DNA from: Chlorokybus atmophyticus
Taxonomy: Eukaryota > Plantae > Mesostigma and Chlorokybus algae
Assembly (NCBI GenBank): GCA_009103225.1
Contig: RHPI01003491.1
Span: forward strand, 26,601-90,600
Length of the DNA: 64,000 bases
Direction of reading: 5' to 3'
Shown: positions 36,801-50,121 of the stretch, in pieces
Position numbering within the stretch: position 1 is the first letter of the stretch
Layout of the letters: every line of letters begins with the position of its first letter
The notes under the pieces: model-generated
What the model was told of the DNA's origin: nothing
Databases searched by the model: none
The model's input: the letters and a program-made list of their open reading frames with translations, nothing else
Made by a program: the position numbers and the translations under genes

Positions 36801-38007
36801 CGGTGGTAGTCACTAGCAGCGTTTCGTCCACACTTGTGCAACATACCTGTGTCCCATGTACACAGTATGCATACCAGTATGGTTTTCAATCGCCGCACAC
36901 AATGCGTTCACGTGGACAATCACACCGTGTGATGGGCCACAGCTACAGACGCACACATCAGGATCCGTGCGTGCTCATACCACGCATGCGCCATGCAACT
37001 GTCATTGCACCCGAGCACGCATGTGCATGCCCGCGCGTGCACAAGCCCACACACATGCGTGCACACAAGCGCACCCACATATAGGTGCTGATGAACGGTT
37101 TCTGCTATTTCGGGAGCAGTCTCAGCAACTGTAGAAATGGTAGAGCACGTGGTGATTGTTATCCGTGAGGTCGCGTAATGTGTGTGTGTGTGTGTGTGTG
37201 TGTGAAGAAAGGGAGAAGCAAACATTTGCGGGATTGAAGGACTCCTTCAATGGCGGCCATCAGCGTGCAACAACAATAAAGACAGTTCTATCAGCAGGGG
37301 CGTTGGCAGGTTTGTGTCTTGTGTTGGTTTGTGTGTGTGCGCGCGTGCGGGTGCGCGCGTGGGTGAGAGATAGTTAACACAGACGGGCAGCCTTTGTCAA
37401 CAGCAGCTTCATTCAATACTGCGCACATTGAAGGCTCACCAGCCGCAGCAGTTGAAGGTGAGCCTGCAATGGCGGAACCGGCATCAGCGTACTTCCAGCA
37501 GTGTGCTCGCGATTGCTGGTCGTCAGTTTGTGGTCGGCTGCTATCAACACTACTTGCATTGCCCCTGCTGCTCCCGCCAGGCTGGGATGGCTGCAGAGGG
37601 CGTCAAACTGTCGACAAGACAGAAGGGCAAGGCAAAGGCGAAATCAGTAATTCAACGCAGACCTCTCAGTCCTCTCGTTACTTCACGTTCATCCACGCAT
37701 ACATACATGATGACTTGGTTTCAGTCACAGTTATTCTGTAAGGACTCGGACCTTGAGCATTGGCCCTCTCGCTGATCAGAAATTTCACCGCTGAAAATCA
37801 GTTATGCAGCTGATAATCAGCACAAAACTACTGACTCAAGGGATGACCAGTGGACAAGATGAGATACTAACTACTGAGTTTCAGCTGTTCGTTCAGATGT
37901 GAACGTCGGACACCTGCTATTGCACTTAAGTTCAGCAGCTGACAACTTACTTTAAGACGGCAAGGACTGACATTCAAGTGTCTGAAACAGGCAAGATTTC
38001 TGTAGTG
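33833..38007. mobile_element. CACTA (EnSpm) DNA transposon, non-autonomous or decayed, 4175 bp
   Basis: Ends CACTACAG...CTGTAGTG with a 28-bp imperfect TIR (21/28). 3-bp TSD ACA at 33830-33832 and 38008-38010. Empty site with single ACA at 7900-7902 in copy 1. Confidence 0.93.
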
Positions 38008-38589
38008 ACAAGCTTCAATGTAGGAGGCATCATGATGTCCCTTGGGTTATGTTGGATGTTCAACTCTACAGATACCGTGTGACATGCTTTCAACAGTCCC
38101 CCTTAGTAGACAACGTCCAGTTGTACATACAGAGCGTTAAGTTGCACCAAGTGTTCCAACAGAAAACGCCAGCGCCACCAACAACGACCAGACCGCAGAC
38201 CCAAAGGACTCCACCCGCTGCATCTAAGTGTGTGCGCTGGTGTGTGTGCGCACGGGAGCTTGTGCATAACTGTTTGCATGTCCGCATGTACGTGCATGCT
38301 CTCCCAAGAGAGTGTGCACACACTTGTATGGCTTGCTGGTGCTTTCTGCACAGGGCCCAAGGCCTGTCCAGAAGGATTTGGGTATATCGCCATGTGGGGC
38401 ATGCATCAATGTCCGCACATGGTGCATCAAGCAGTCTGTGTGCAACTCACTAGGCTGCCTCAATGTGTGTGCAGCACCAAGATTTTGTTACTTACGATTC
38501 TCCACACTTTGTATGTATTGTGGCGACTCTGAGTTGTCTGGCAGTAAGCCTTGTCGGCATTATTTCGGCTTCACTGTAGCAGCTGGATG

Positions 38590-40548
38590 CGAGGGCATTT
38601 GCAAAAGTGCAGTTTGCCTCCTTGCTGAAGCTCACCTACCCTAATCCTGCCTGTTTTCCTCATTGCTTTGACCTCTACAAAGTTCCAGTCCCCTCCAACT
38701 ACTGCCCAACCCGCCGGTGGAAGGGATGAGGAAAGCGAAGAGAAAAAAAAAACGGCGCTCCTCCGAAGAGTTTGGTGAGTAGACATAAATCAAAATGAGG
38801 ATGCCCCCCTCCCAACAAAAACGTACCCAGCAGCAGCGAGAGGGGACTGCCACCCCCCTCATCAGTCAGCATGTGTTGCCACGAGTGGGGGTAGAGTATT
38901 CCAACACCTCCACTGTTGCCGTGCGACGCAGCCCATACTGACCGGCCTGCCCAGAAGCGCTTGAGCCAGGAGGCGTGCCTAGAGTTAGTGATCTTAGTTC
39001 CCTGAAGAGAGAGAGCGTGAAAGCGCCCGCACCGCCACTCCTGTAGGCGCGCAAGCAAAGCTAGACGCTTAGAAACGCCAGAGCTGGAACGCACATTGGC
39101 AATGCCCTGCACATTTTAGGAAGTAAATGATAGCAAGGTTTATTATGGTATCAGCGGAAGAAAGGAAAGTAAAAACCTAGACGCCGGGGTGCTTGCAGAA
39201 GTGAGCCCGTGTGGTAGTCGTCAGCAGCCAAAGCTGTGGCAACCGCGTCCTCATAGGTGACGCAACAAAGGAAAAAGACACAAAGCCTGCTAGTGCAGCG
39301 CATGTAGCAATCATGGTGACATACCGTCATGCTTGCGTTTGGCGGTTCTGAGTTGGGCACCTGCTGGAGCTGCTCCGAAGAGAGGGCTCGGGGGCGGAGC
39401 CGCTCGACGTGCGGAGGGCCTGCAGCTGGCTCACGGGGGGAGTGCTGTACGAACTGCGTGCGTCCAGCTCTGAGCCGGCGTGATGCCACTGCCTGACTGC
39501 GTTCAGGAGGGCTTGACCCAGAGACTGAGATCTGCCCAGAGTGCAAGAGGCCACATGATTACTCCACTCGGAGAGCGTGCACCACTTTTGCGAAGAGTGT
39601 GGGAGGGCCATCATGTTCTCTGGAGCAGCCACAGGGACAAGCGCGTACGCGGTGGACACGCCTGACACCTCAAGACAACGGAGGGTCACGTTGTTCATCC
39701 AGTACTCCAGCTCCAGCTCAAAGCTGGTCTGAGAGCGGGGCATGGACACTTTACCAAGGGCGTCCAGCACCTACTTGCACCACCAGCCTTCCGGAGAGTC
39801 ATGTGTGTGTGAAGGAGGCGGGGCACGGATGAACTTGGGGCTGGTAGTGTGCCCAGGGTTAGTGAGGAGCATTGCCGCCGGTGAGGCAGTAGAGTGCGCT
39901 CTGCGGGTGACCACAGGGACAAGCAGTAGGCGGTGGGGATCCGCCTCAATGCTGAGTCCTGCTGCGCGGAGCCAAGAAGAGAGGGGTTGAGACTGCGGGG
40001 CCACCTTCACAAGCGGTGGCGGGCTTGGAAGGGGTGATGGCGCCGTTGATATGGCCGGCGGCGGGGGCATGCGATGTGCCTCCTCCGCCTCCGCAGCTGT
40101 ATCCTCGATGAGGAGGTCTTTATCATCTTCTAGCATGTCCGCCCTTGAGGACGACTCTTGGAGAGGAGAAGAGCGGCTAGCCGACTGGCTGGCTTGAGCT
40201 GCTTGCGCGGTGACAAGTCCTGCTGGGGAAGATCCCCACACTGAGTAGCCATCGGCTGTGAGAAAGGAGGAACTGGCTGCGGGCCAACCGTGGGCATAGA
40301 GCCGAAGTGAAACCCTTCAAACTGAGTGGGGGGAGGGCGGGAGCGGTGCTCTGCACCCACCTGCTGCGCGGGCCCGCGTGCTGCTGCGCACCAAAGTTGG
40401 CACGTCCGCTTGCTGGCTTTGTAATAGCCGGGGTCTTGCGCTTCGCTCGCTTGGGGCGCTGAGTCTGCCATCCTTCCGAATCCCGAAGGGGGAGGGGGAT
40501 GGAGTGGCTCTGTCGTAGCAGACAGACACTCCACAAAGCCCGCGGCAT
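38590..40548 (-). mobile_element. Decayed L1/Tx1-like LINE, copy 2
   Basis: Near-identical to 8440-10444 with the same endonuclease motifs and lesions. Confidence 0.75.
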
Positions 40549-41098
40549 TTTAGACAGTTGTTTATCTAAACATTTGTGTCCATAATTCAGTTAACTGTGT
40601 TGTCATTGTGAATCGCCAGTGATAGCTGAATGTTGAAACATTTGTATTTATATTACATGCAAATGTGTTTGTAATAGAGACTAACACGGATAGACACATG
40701 CAGCTTGCATTCAGATGCTACAAATGTATTCTTGGATGCAATAGTCTAAGAATGTGTGCCCTTTAGTGAGTATGTCAATCTGTAGTATAGATGTTTGCAT
40801 CTTTAATTGAAATGCCTATGAGTTTTTTTCAATGTACATATGAGTATTTCAGATGCAAAAAGACATGATATGGATTGCAAATGAGCCATGACATATGCAA
40901 TTGGTACAACAATATTTGTTCTGAACACTAGGGCCTACTGCTAGGCAATGGTACCTAACCAACACTGTAGTGAACATACATATGTCCATCCAACTAGCAC
41001 AAGCACTACGTCCAGACACTCTGTACGACATGTAGACACTGGGCTCCGTATCTGACTCCACCCCACTGGCTCCATGTAAAACCCTGCCACGCACCTCC

Positions 41099-41609
41099 TG
41101 TAACAATTGGGGCCACAAGGCTATGGTAGTAAAAGACACTACCATGAGTGAGGTCTGTCACAATCTATCCCAATGTGTGACATTCCTCCCCAATTTAACA
41201 CATGAGTTCCTTATAATAATCCATTGAGGCACTAGCCCACATCGCCGTGTTCGCAGCCGTACCACGACTGGTCTACCCGCGGCCTGTTGGATCCGGGCCA
41301 CGAACGGTCCTGACCGACCGAACGGCGATCTGCCATCGCAGCGCGACCGCTCACGCGGCCTTGGCTTGAACTGGCTCGGCGCGCAGGTCGTGATCCCGCG
41401 CCCAGCCTCAGGCAAGCCGCCTCAAATGTTCTTATTTATTTATTTTTACCTTGGATCTACATCAGTCCCCTACGGGAATTCAACCTGAGACGTCAAGCTC
41501 CGTTACCATTGTAACAATTGGGGCCCGACCACTAGGCTATATTTTATATATGGTAGTAAAAGACACTACCATGAGTGAGGTTTGTCACAATTTATCCCAA
41601 TTCGTGACA
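41099..41609 (-). mobile_element. TRIM, copy 2
   Basis: TSD CCTCC at 41094-41098 and 41610-41614; same terminal repeats, PBS and PPT as 11002-11515. Confidence 0.9.
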
Positions 41610-43988
41610 CCTCCCCTTGCAGTCGCATCCTGCTCCAGGCTATGTGCCCAACAATATCTGCATCACAATAAGATATGTTTTAAGAAAGTACATGAGAAAC
41701 ACTATTTACCTCAGTTATATGACGAGTTAGAGCATGAAATGCAATCAACAGCATGCGCGCGTGGACTCGGAAGTGACAAGTGGAACACGTGCATGCGCTT
41801 ATGTGAAGTGCAGCAGAGTGCATGTGTGCGTATGTGTCCAAGCAAGAAGGGTGGAAACTTGTATGCAAGTCAAGTGCATAGGACGATGTGTGCGTTTACG
41901 CGTGTGTGCGCGCAATGTGCAACTGCGTGTGCATACCTATGTGCAGGCTCATTAATGTCTCCCGCAATGCTGAATATCGCCGCTACGTTGCCTTGCACAT
42001 ATAAGCTGTCAAGACTCTGCAAAGCGCGAGTTAACATAGCAAAAAGTAGGTAGCACCGGAATTCAATCAACGTAGCAGCGCAAGCAATGATGGCTCACAA
42101 CATCCCGTTTGTACTCATGCTGTCATATGCGTGAATAACAACTTCACAATACAAGTACAACTCTTCCGGCTGTAAATACCCTTTGTTAGTTGACACATGG
42201 TAGAAGTGCGATAGCATTGCACCCAATCGTGCGCACAAGGAACAAATAGAATGTGCAATGGCACCGCTTAAGCAAAGTTTTTGCCGCCTGTACAGCACTA
42301 AGTGACAAGGAATGTAAAGCAGGCACAGCAGCTGGGCATTACCTTGTCACCACATTCTAAACTCGAACAAGTCGAGACTGTTACATGTTTTGCACTTTGC
42401 TAACAATGACAAAGTGTGGAAAGTACACGGCCACACTTGATAAGCGCAGTGCACACCATGCCCACTACAGTGCAAGAGAGCTGTCTCAGCAGAGGCCAAA
42501 AGAACGGACACACAGCATGCGCACTGCTCAGCCAACAGCTGAACACAAGATGCACAGCACCAACCATGCCCCTCGCCCCGGTAGCGCCTCACCCAAGTGC
42601 AGCTGCCTTAAGTAGAACGGTAAGCTTAACTTCAGCACTGAGCATGGTGTCTACAAGTGGCACTGTGGTACCTGCTGACACCAACATCATAGACGCAAGT
42701 GACAAAGCTTAAGTCACAGTGCAAGCCAACACAAAGGGGTTAGATCAACCTCATGCACACTTTACAAGTTTGACAGGCTAGTTGCCAACGAATATGCCTT
42801 TCATGCTCCGTGAATGGTCATCACGATGGTCCTGACGGCACAACATGCATGCGAAGCACGCTGCAGGTGCATTTAAGCAGCGCATTGCATGCAGGTTGGA
42901 AGACATGTGGCACATGGCTTGCATAAGCTGTGTATTCTACGCACGATAATGCACCTGTTGTTTATACTGCACGGCTTACGCATGCAATTGCTTCTGCGGG
43001 GTTTCCTCATCATTTTGAAAGCATGTTGTTGCCATCACGCGTTTTATATTGCTAAATTGTTGCAAAGTTGTTGCTCATTGCCAGCAATGCACACGAGCAA
43101 AGCATACCAACAGCAGCTATAGCAACAGATTTCACCTCACCTCATCGGTAAAGTCATTCAGCTGCCAGCAAGCAGCCGGCCGCTGGACAGACGGTGGTCC
43201 AGGCGTGATAGCCTCACCCTTTGCCGCAGTCAAGCGTGCTTTGGCGAAAGTAGCACCTCGGCGCTGGCTCTCCCCATGGCTATGACGCCGCCACCGCCGC
43301 CGCCATGAATGGCGAGCACTTCCATGCACTGTCAGTTGCCGCCCAACGCATTGACAGCTGGCATGCTTATCAAGTGCGTCACCCCGGCACACTGCCGGCC
43401 CACAGCCGCGACCGGCAGTGCCGGTCGAATTTGCCGGTGTCAGCTTCTCATTAACTAGCAGGTCCAGACTTGTTGTGTGGCCGTTGGATGGTAAGCTGGC
43501 AGATCTCGGCCGTTCGGTGTACGTAAAGCCAGTCACACTTAACCACATGTAGTTACTGATAAATACCTATGTAAAGGTCACGACAAACATGGTGCGAACG
43601 CGCGCGCACAAACACGATACATATACATATGCTTATACATATACACATATATATATATATACATATACATATGCGTATATATATACATATACATATGCGT
43701 ATATATATACATGTATTTTGGTGTATATACATATATACATGTACATAATCATATATATTATTCCACATATGTATATGAATGGCAACATGCATGCTATTAA
43801 GTGCACATGTATGCGCATACATGCATATAAAGCCGACCATTTTCCGTTACAATAACCTCAGGCAGATTATGCCATAAAGATTACCAATTTTGCGTTGAGT
43901 GGCCAATTGATATCACGCTATCTGTACACACAGGTTATCATCGTTATAGATACCGTGCTTGGTGCTAACCCAATGGTTGTGCCTGAAG

Positions 43989-44656
43989 TGTAACAATCGA
44001 GGCCAAGTTTCATGATGTTAAGACCTTTTTTGGCCCATTTATCAAGCACCACGTTTTTATGACTTGTGGCAGATATCGGCTAGTTATGAGTCTGCTGCGG
44101 ATATCGACCGGGGCCCCAGGACCAGTCCGGAAGGCCAGAAAACGGAGGGCCAGTCGAGAAGGGCTTGACCAGATTTCTAGAAGGGCCTGGCGCCAAGTAG
44201 TATAACTTGACCATGTGAGCACCTGATCAAGAGATCTTTGGTGTGTAAGAAAGGTCTAGTAGTATACTACAAGGTTATGCAATAACATCTTAGCTTCTAG
44301 TTCCGTCTAGCGCTAGAATCGTCTAGACAATAGCATGTGCAGACTGGTAGGTATAAAAGTGACATTCTACAATTTGCAATACAACCTTTGGCTCCCTAGT
44401 TTCTGGTGTGCAAGCTTGGTGGTGGTTAGCAGGGGTTGCTCGCGTGTGCCCACTGGTATGTGCTTGCTTGTGTGACGATCCAAGGCGCTACACAAGTCGG
44501 TGTGTAGCTTCGAGCGCATGCGCGTGCGTACGCGAGTGGCGGGGCGCGCGTGTGTGCTTGGCAGAGGGGGCAAGGTTCCGGTGTGAACACCGTGTCTTGG
44601 TGAGAGGGTTATTGATTGGACCAACTCACAGGTGACAAGGCACGAGCACCGTCACA
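43989..44656 (+). mobile_element. Solo LTR, copy 2
   Basis: Ortholog of 13853-14520 with flanks TGAAG/TAAAG. Confidence 0.9.
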
Positions 44657-47600
44657 TAAAGTGTCCAACATGCCGACGCCTTAATAAGCAATCAAACGCA
44701 TATATCTATAATAAGGATATTGCAAGATGAGTGTTCGTCGATGATCGCAACCTACAATGTTTGATATATAGATGCATCTATGCATAGCCTGTTATTTCAA
44801 TACTTTCATCTGTGTATTGGACTTTTGTACCTTGAGATCAATATGTCCTTCGAAAGGGTCGGATGCACACTTACAACTGCATGCATAAAACAGATACAAT
44901 GCACATAGTCTCAGACAATGCGTATTTCAGCGGATGCACATAGCAATTTATAAATGTAAATTTTAAAAGAATAGGTGATTAAAACACGTGTGTTAATTTG
45001 TAGTGGGAGGGTGCGGCTGCTCATGGTCACCTAACCCGGGGTGGACGAGAGGGCAGTTGTGACGGTGCTCGTGCCTTGTCACCTGTGAGTTGGTCCAATC
45101 AACAACCCTCTCACCAAGACACGGTGTTCACACCGGAACCTTGCCCCCTCTGCCAAGCACACACGCGCGCCCCGCCACTCGCGTACGCACGCGCATGCGC
45201 TCGAAGCTACACACCGGCTTGTGTAGCGCCTTGGATCGTCACACAAGCAAGCACATATCAGTGGGCACACGCGAGCAACCCCTGCTAACCACCACCAAGC
45301 TTGCACACCAGAAACTAGGGAGCCAAAGGTTGTATTGCAAATTGTAGAATGTCACTTTTATACCTACCAGTCTGCACATGCTATTGTCTAGACGGTTTTA
45401 GCGCTAGACGGAACTAGAAGCTAAGTTATTCTTGCAGACTCTTGTAGTACACTTCTAGACCTTTCCGAGGCACCAAAGATCTCCTCATTTGCTGCTCATA
45501 TGGTCAAGTTATACTACTTGGCGCCAGGCCCTTCCAGAAATCTGGTCGAGCCCTTCTCGACTGGCCCTCCGTTTTCTGGCCTTCCGGACTGGTCCTGGGG
45601 CCCCGGTCGGTATCCGCGGCAGACTCATAACTAGCCGATATCCGCCACAAGTCATGAAAAACATGATACCTCACAAATAAGGCCTAAAATGGCCATGAAA
45701 ATCACGAAATTTGGCCTTGACTGTTACACTCCTTCCCCCCTAGGTGAGCTTCATCCTCTCAAAGCTTGCGAGGTTGGCGTCGAGCAAGATAGTCACGCAC
45801 AACGTCTCGAGCATTAACCAAGTGTGCCTCTGGCTCCCAGGTTGCTTCATGCAATGGATAGCCCTTCCATTGCACTAAGAACTTGCGCATGCCATGCACA
45901 AACTTCTCACCAAAGATGTCTTCTACCTCCCACTCTGATTCACCATCCGTGCCAACTTCGGGGGGCGGTCTTTCTGGCGGTTGTCCTCAATATGCCTTCA
46001 GAAGGGAGACGTGAAAAACGGGGTGCACACGCATGGTGTCGGGTAGCTCCAGCTTGTACGCCACGTCCGAAATAATTTTGCTGACCTTAAATGGTCTCAA
46101 CCAGCGTTCATTCAGCTTGCGAACTCCCGTACGCACCTGTACATGCTTTGCGGAGAGTAACACAATGTCGCCTTTTTGAAATGTGAGGTGTCGGCGATGC
46201 GCGTCCGCGTACTGCTTCTGCCTGTTTTGTGCCACCAATAGCGCCTTCCTAGCTGCCTTATTAATGTCCGCGCACTTTCTGAGGAAGTCATAGCTGCCTC
46301 TACACGCACTTCATGTCGTCAACGGGGTTAATGGATGTTGCCCGTAGTTCATAAGGAAGGGAGTGACACCTGTGCTTGCATTGTGGTTGTTGATCGCAAA
46401 CTCCACCAACTCAAGCAGCTCCGCCAAATTGTTTTGTCGCGCATTAACGTAGCAACGCAGCATGTCCTCGATTACAGGGTTGGCCCGTTCCGTTTGCCCA
46501 TTAGTTTGCGGGTGGCATGCCGTGGTAAACTTCAGCGTGGTACCCAGTGCACTATGCAGCGCCTCCCAAAACTTACTTGTAAAGCGCGGGTCGCGATCAC
46601 TCACAATGCTTTGTGGTAATCCATGTGAACGAAACACATGCTTCACGAACAAGCGTGCTGCCTCCGGTGCCGTGCAAGACTCACCACACGGTGCCAAGCG
46701 TACCATTTTGCTGGTTTTGTCGACAAACACAAGTATAGCGTTGTACCCTTCTTTTGTCTTTGGTAGCCCCGTAATAAAGTCCATGGTAACTTGCTCCCAC
46801 TTGGACAATGGCACAGGGAGGTTGCAGCAACCCACTTGGCTTTTGGTTGCTTGCCTTCACCCTTTGGCATGCGTCGCACAACGCCACGTAGTCGCGCACA
46901 TCGCGATGCATCTCTCGCCAATAAAAAGGCTGCTTCAAGCTTGCCAAAGTCCTCTCTAACCATTGGTGATCAGCAATGGGCACGTCATGAACTTTCTGCA
47001 GCAACTTCACACGGATATGCGTGACGTTGGGGATGTACAAGCGCTCGTGGTGCCATAGCAGCCCGTCGCGCATTGACCAATGCCCACTTGTGTCCGTAGC
47101 TGCACTTTCCAGCTCTTGCAACACTTTCACACCCTCCGCGTCTTCACGCATCACTTGCCAAATCTGGTCAATCCACTCGGGCTGCACTTAAGCGAGTGCC
47201 TCAATTGCATTAAGCCGGCTCAGCGCGTCAGCAACACCAATTTATGTACCGGGCTTGTACTTGATATCAAGAAGTCAAAAAGTTGAAACAACTCCAGCCA
47301 TCATGCTTGTCTGCGACTTAGATGAGGTGTGTTTGTAAGTACCTCAGTGGAGAGTGATCCGTCTCAAGCACGAACTTTTTGCCTTCTCGAAAACAACGCC
47401 ATTGTCGTAGCGCCATTACTTGCACCGAAAGTTCCTTCTCGTGCACGGGGTAACTCAGCTCCACACCACTCATCTTCTTGCTGAAGAATGCTACTGGTTA
47501 AAGGCCAATGCCATGGTCGTGCTGCAAAACAGCTTCCACGGCTGTGTCGGACGCGTCGCAAGCTAAAATAAATGTCTTTTCCATGTCGGGGTGAGCTAGG

Positions 47601-48420
47601 ACTTGTCATGCCTATCGTCCAAGCATGCCAGTCGTCATCGGGCATGCCTACAGCGAGACCCTCGCCCGGCTTACCAGCATGGTGACCCGCGCGCGTCTCT
47701 GACCAGTAGCTAGGTCATGTCTCTAGAGTAGCTCATGACCATAGCCTACATAGGCACCGCGCGTAGCTGTTTAATTGTGAGCTCAGTTATAAGTTGGGTT
47801 CTATACCGAGTGGGGATTTCCTGTGGAAATAGCCTCGATATGACCGTTAGCTTATGTTCTGGACAGTCATGAGTTGACTTGTATAAGTAGGCACAGTGTT
47901 CACCGGATCAGCTGGTGACACTGTAAGTAAGAAAGCTAAGAGCTTGTGAAGCGATTTGAGCTACGAAACACGCCGTCCTGGTTCCCAAGAATCCCCTCAC
48001 CGTGTGAGAGCCTGTGCATGTTCTTGTGCACTGTGCTTGTCTTTGCTGTGAGTATTGGTGTACTTGGTCGCGGCGTGCTTGTTGGCATCAGTCTGGGCAT
48101 AGCATCCACGTGTTGCTTGCTCATTCACCTCACTTAACAGTGTAATTTCTCTTCCACTCATGCAAAGAACTGTGTAAACAGCACTACCTATAGTAGTGGC
48201 TTGTTGACTTACAGTGTCACCCTCTTTGCTCAAGTGAGTGTAGTTGCAGGCTGTACATCAGCATCGCAATCTGTAGTTGTACATGTCGCAGTGCAGTGTT
48301 GTCACCGTCATCGCATAGCGCGCACAAGCGCTAGTGTGTTGGGTGATAGCAACACTGGAGATCCCATTGTAGAGCACAAATACTCTACCCTTCATCCACT
48401 TTCACCATCGCATCAGCTGT

Positions 48421-50121
48421 ATGAGCAGGCCCACCCCTTTCTCGCCAATAGAAGAAGGGGACCTCAACAGCTGGAGCCCAACCTCCAACCCTACCTACGA
48501 GCGCGCAAGTGAAGGGAGCGATTTTCGTAGCAGCAGAGGCTCACGCCCCGTCTCCGGCTTCACCTCCTCTCACTCCACTCCTCAACAACGAGCATCTCCA
48601 CCACCGTCGGACAGTGACGACGAGGAGATGGAGCCTTCCATCTCAACCAACTCCCTACGCTTCTCCGGACGCCCTGGCACCACCTCACTTGACGAGTTCA
48701 TCATTAAGTTCCACTCCAAGATGCGGCAGCAAGCCCTCAAGAGCAAGGACTGGACAGATGAGGTATCGTTTCATGTGTCCGCTCAACACCTTGATCACGA
48801 AGCACATGATGTGTGGAAGTCCGTCGCTGAGTTGCACAAGATTGATGGCTATGGCGAACTGGCCAGCACAATATCCTCCACGTCACTGCATAGCCCATCG
48901 GTTACTGTCCCTGTAGCAGCGGTCCCACCAGCCTCAATCATGGGTCTCACTCTAGCTGCAACCATAGAGAAGGCAGAGAATGAAGAAGTTGAGGTGGTAG
49001 TGGCCTCATTGACTCCTGCAGAGATCGAAAGCAAGAAGGCCGAGCGCTGGATCAGGATACTCAACCGCACCGCTGCCATTATCAGGGAGCAACAAGAGGA
49101 GCAGCAAGCTGCAGCGTTGGAGATGGGTACGCCCCTGCTACCAACACCGAACTCGCGTGCTCCAGCGGGAGGCAGTGTTTTCACCCTCGGCTCAGTGGCA
49201 TTGCGTGCACCCGCGCTTACGGTGGGCGCGGCCATGTCGGACTCCCCGTTGAAGAACCTCTACGCCGCACTCCGGCGCACCTTCCCACCTCAAATCAACA
49301 GCAAGGTGGAGGAGTTGAGGCGTTTTCGACGAAAGCCCAACGAGGACCCTCTCCGACTGTATGCTTGGTTGGAAGGGTTGCTTAAAGACACTGACTACAA
49401 GATCGTCCGTGAGGAGGCGGCAGCAGTGGTGTATGTGGCCGAGTTGGATCCCACCCTGAGTGAGTCAACGCGCCTGACGCTGAACTACAGCAGGCCCCTC
49501 GGCTACACCCTCAAGGAAGCTTTCGAAACTGCACAAGCCATCCACAAGCGCGCAGTGTATGAGAAAGCGGTGCTGGACACCAACCGCAGTGCCTCGCGGC
49601 CTATGGCAGGCACAAGTGCAGAGCCTCTTCGGCGAGACCGCAGCCGAGAGCCGCAAGGCATCCACAACAAGGATAAACGGTCAGCTCATGCTGCCCTTGT
49701 GGCTCTAGTGCTGTGCCACCGGTGTGGTCGACATGGCCACTACCAAAAGGAGTGCACTAAAGATTATGGCAACCTTGTGTGCGACTACTGCCACAAGACG
49801 GGACACTTGGAGACAGAATGCTGGCTCAAGTTCCCTGAGCTGCGGCCCTCTATTGACTACAACAACGGCAACAACGCTGTTGGCTACCGCGGCAACAACA
49901 ACAACAACAACGGGGGCTACAACAACAGCAACCACGCTGGCGGCTACAACAACAGCAACAACGCTAGTGGCCACAACCCCAACAACAACAATGACGCTGG
50001 CGCTCGAAAAGCTGGCTACAGAGGGAAAAACCGCCCTCCACAGCACAAAGGACTTGAGGGACGTCCTCGCGCTGGAGCTGCTGCTGTAAAGGCACCAGCC
50101 AATCCACCAACTATTAACTAA
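48421..50121 (+). CDS. gag: Gag-like ORF with two CCHC zinc knuckles and an N/G/Y-rich tail
   Basis: 566-aa ORF with CHRCGRHGHYQKEC and CDYCHKTGHLETEC. The same frame continues past the stop (VAALMARVAQLEEKK). Confidence 0.85.
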   Translation: MSRPTPFSPIEEGDLNSWSPTSNPTYERASEGSDFRSSRGSRPVSGFTSSHSTPQQRASPPPSDSDDEEMEPSISTNSLRFSGRPGTTSLDEFIIKFHSKMRQQALKSKDWTDEVSFHVSAQHLDHEAHDVWKSVAELHKIDGYGELASTISSTSLHSPSVTVPVAAVPPASIMGLTLAATIEKAENEEVEVVVASLTPAEIESKKAERWIRILNRTAAIIREQQEEQQAAALEMGTPLLPTPNSRAPAGGSVFTLGSVALRAPALTVGAAMSDSPLKNLYAALRRTFPPQINSKVEELRRFRRKPNEDPLRLYAWLEGLLKDTDYKIVREEAAAVVYVAELDPTLSESTRLTLNYSRPLGYTLKEAFETAQAIHKRAVYEKAVLDTNRSASRPMAGTSAEPLRRDRSREPQGIHNKDKRSAHAALVALVLCHRCGRHGHYQKECTKDYGNLVCDYCHKTGHLETECWLKFPELRPSIDYNNGNNAVGYRGNNNNNNGGYNNSNHAGGYNNSNNASGHNPNNNNDAGARKAGYRGKNRPPQHKGLEGRPRAGAAAVKAPANPPTIN

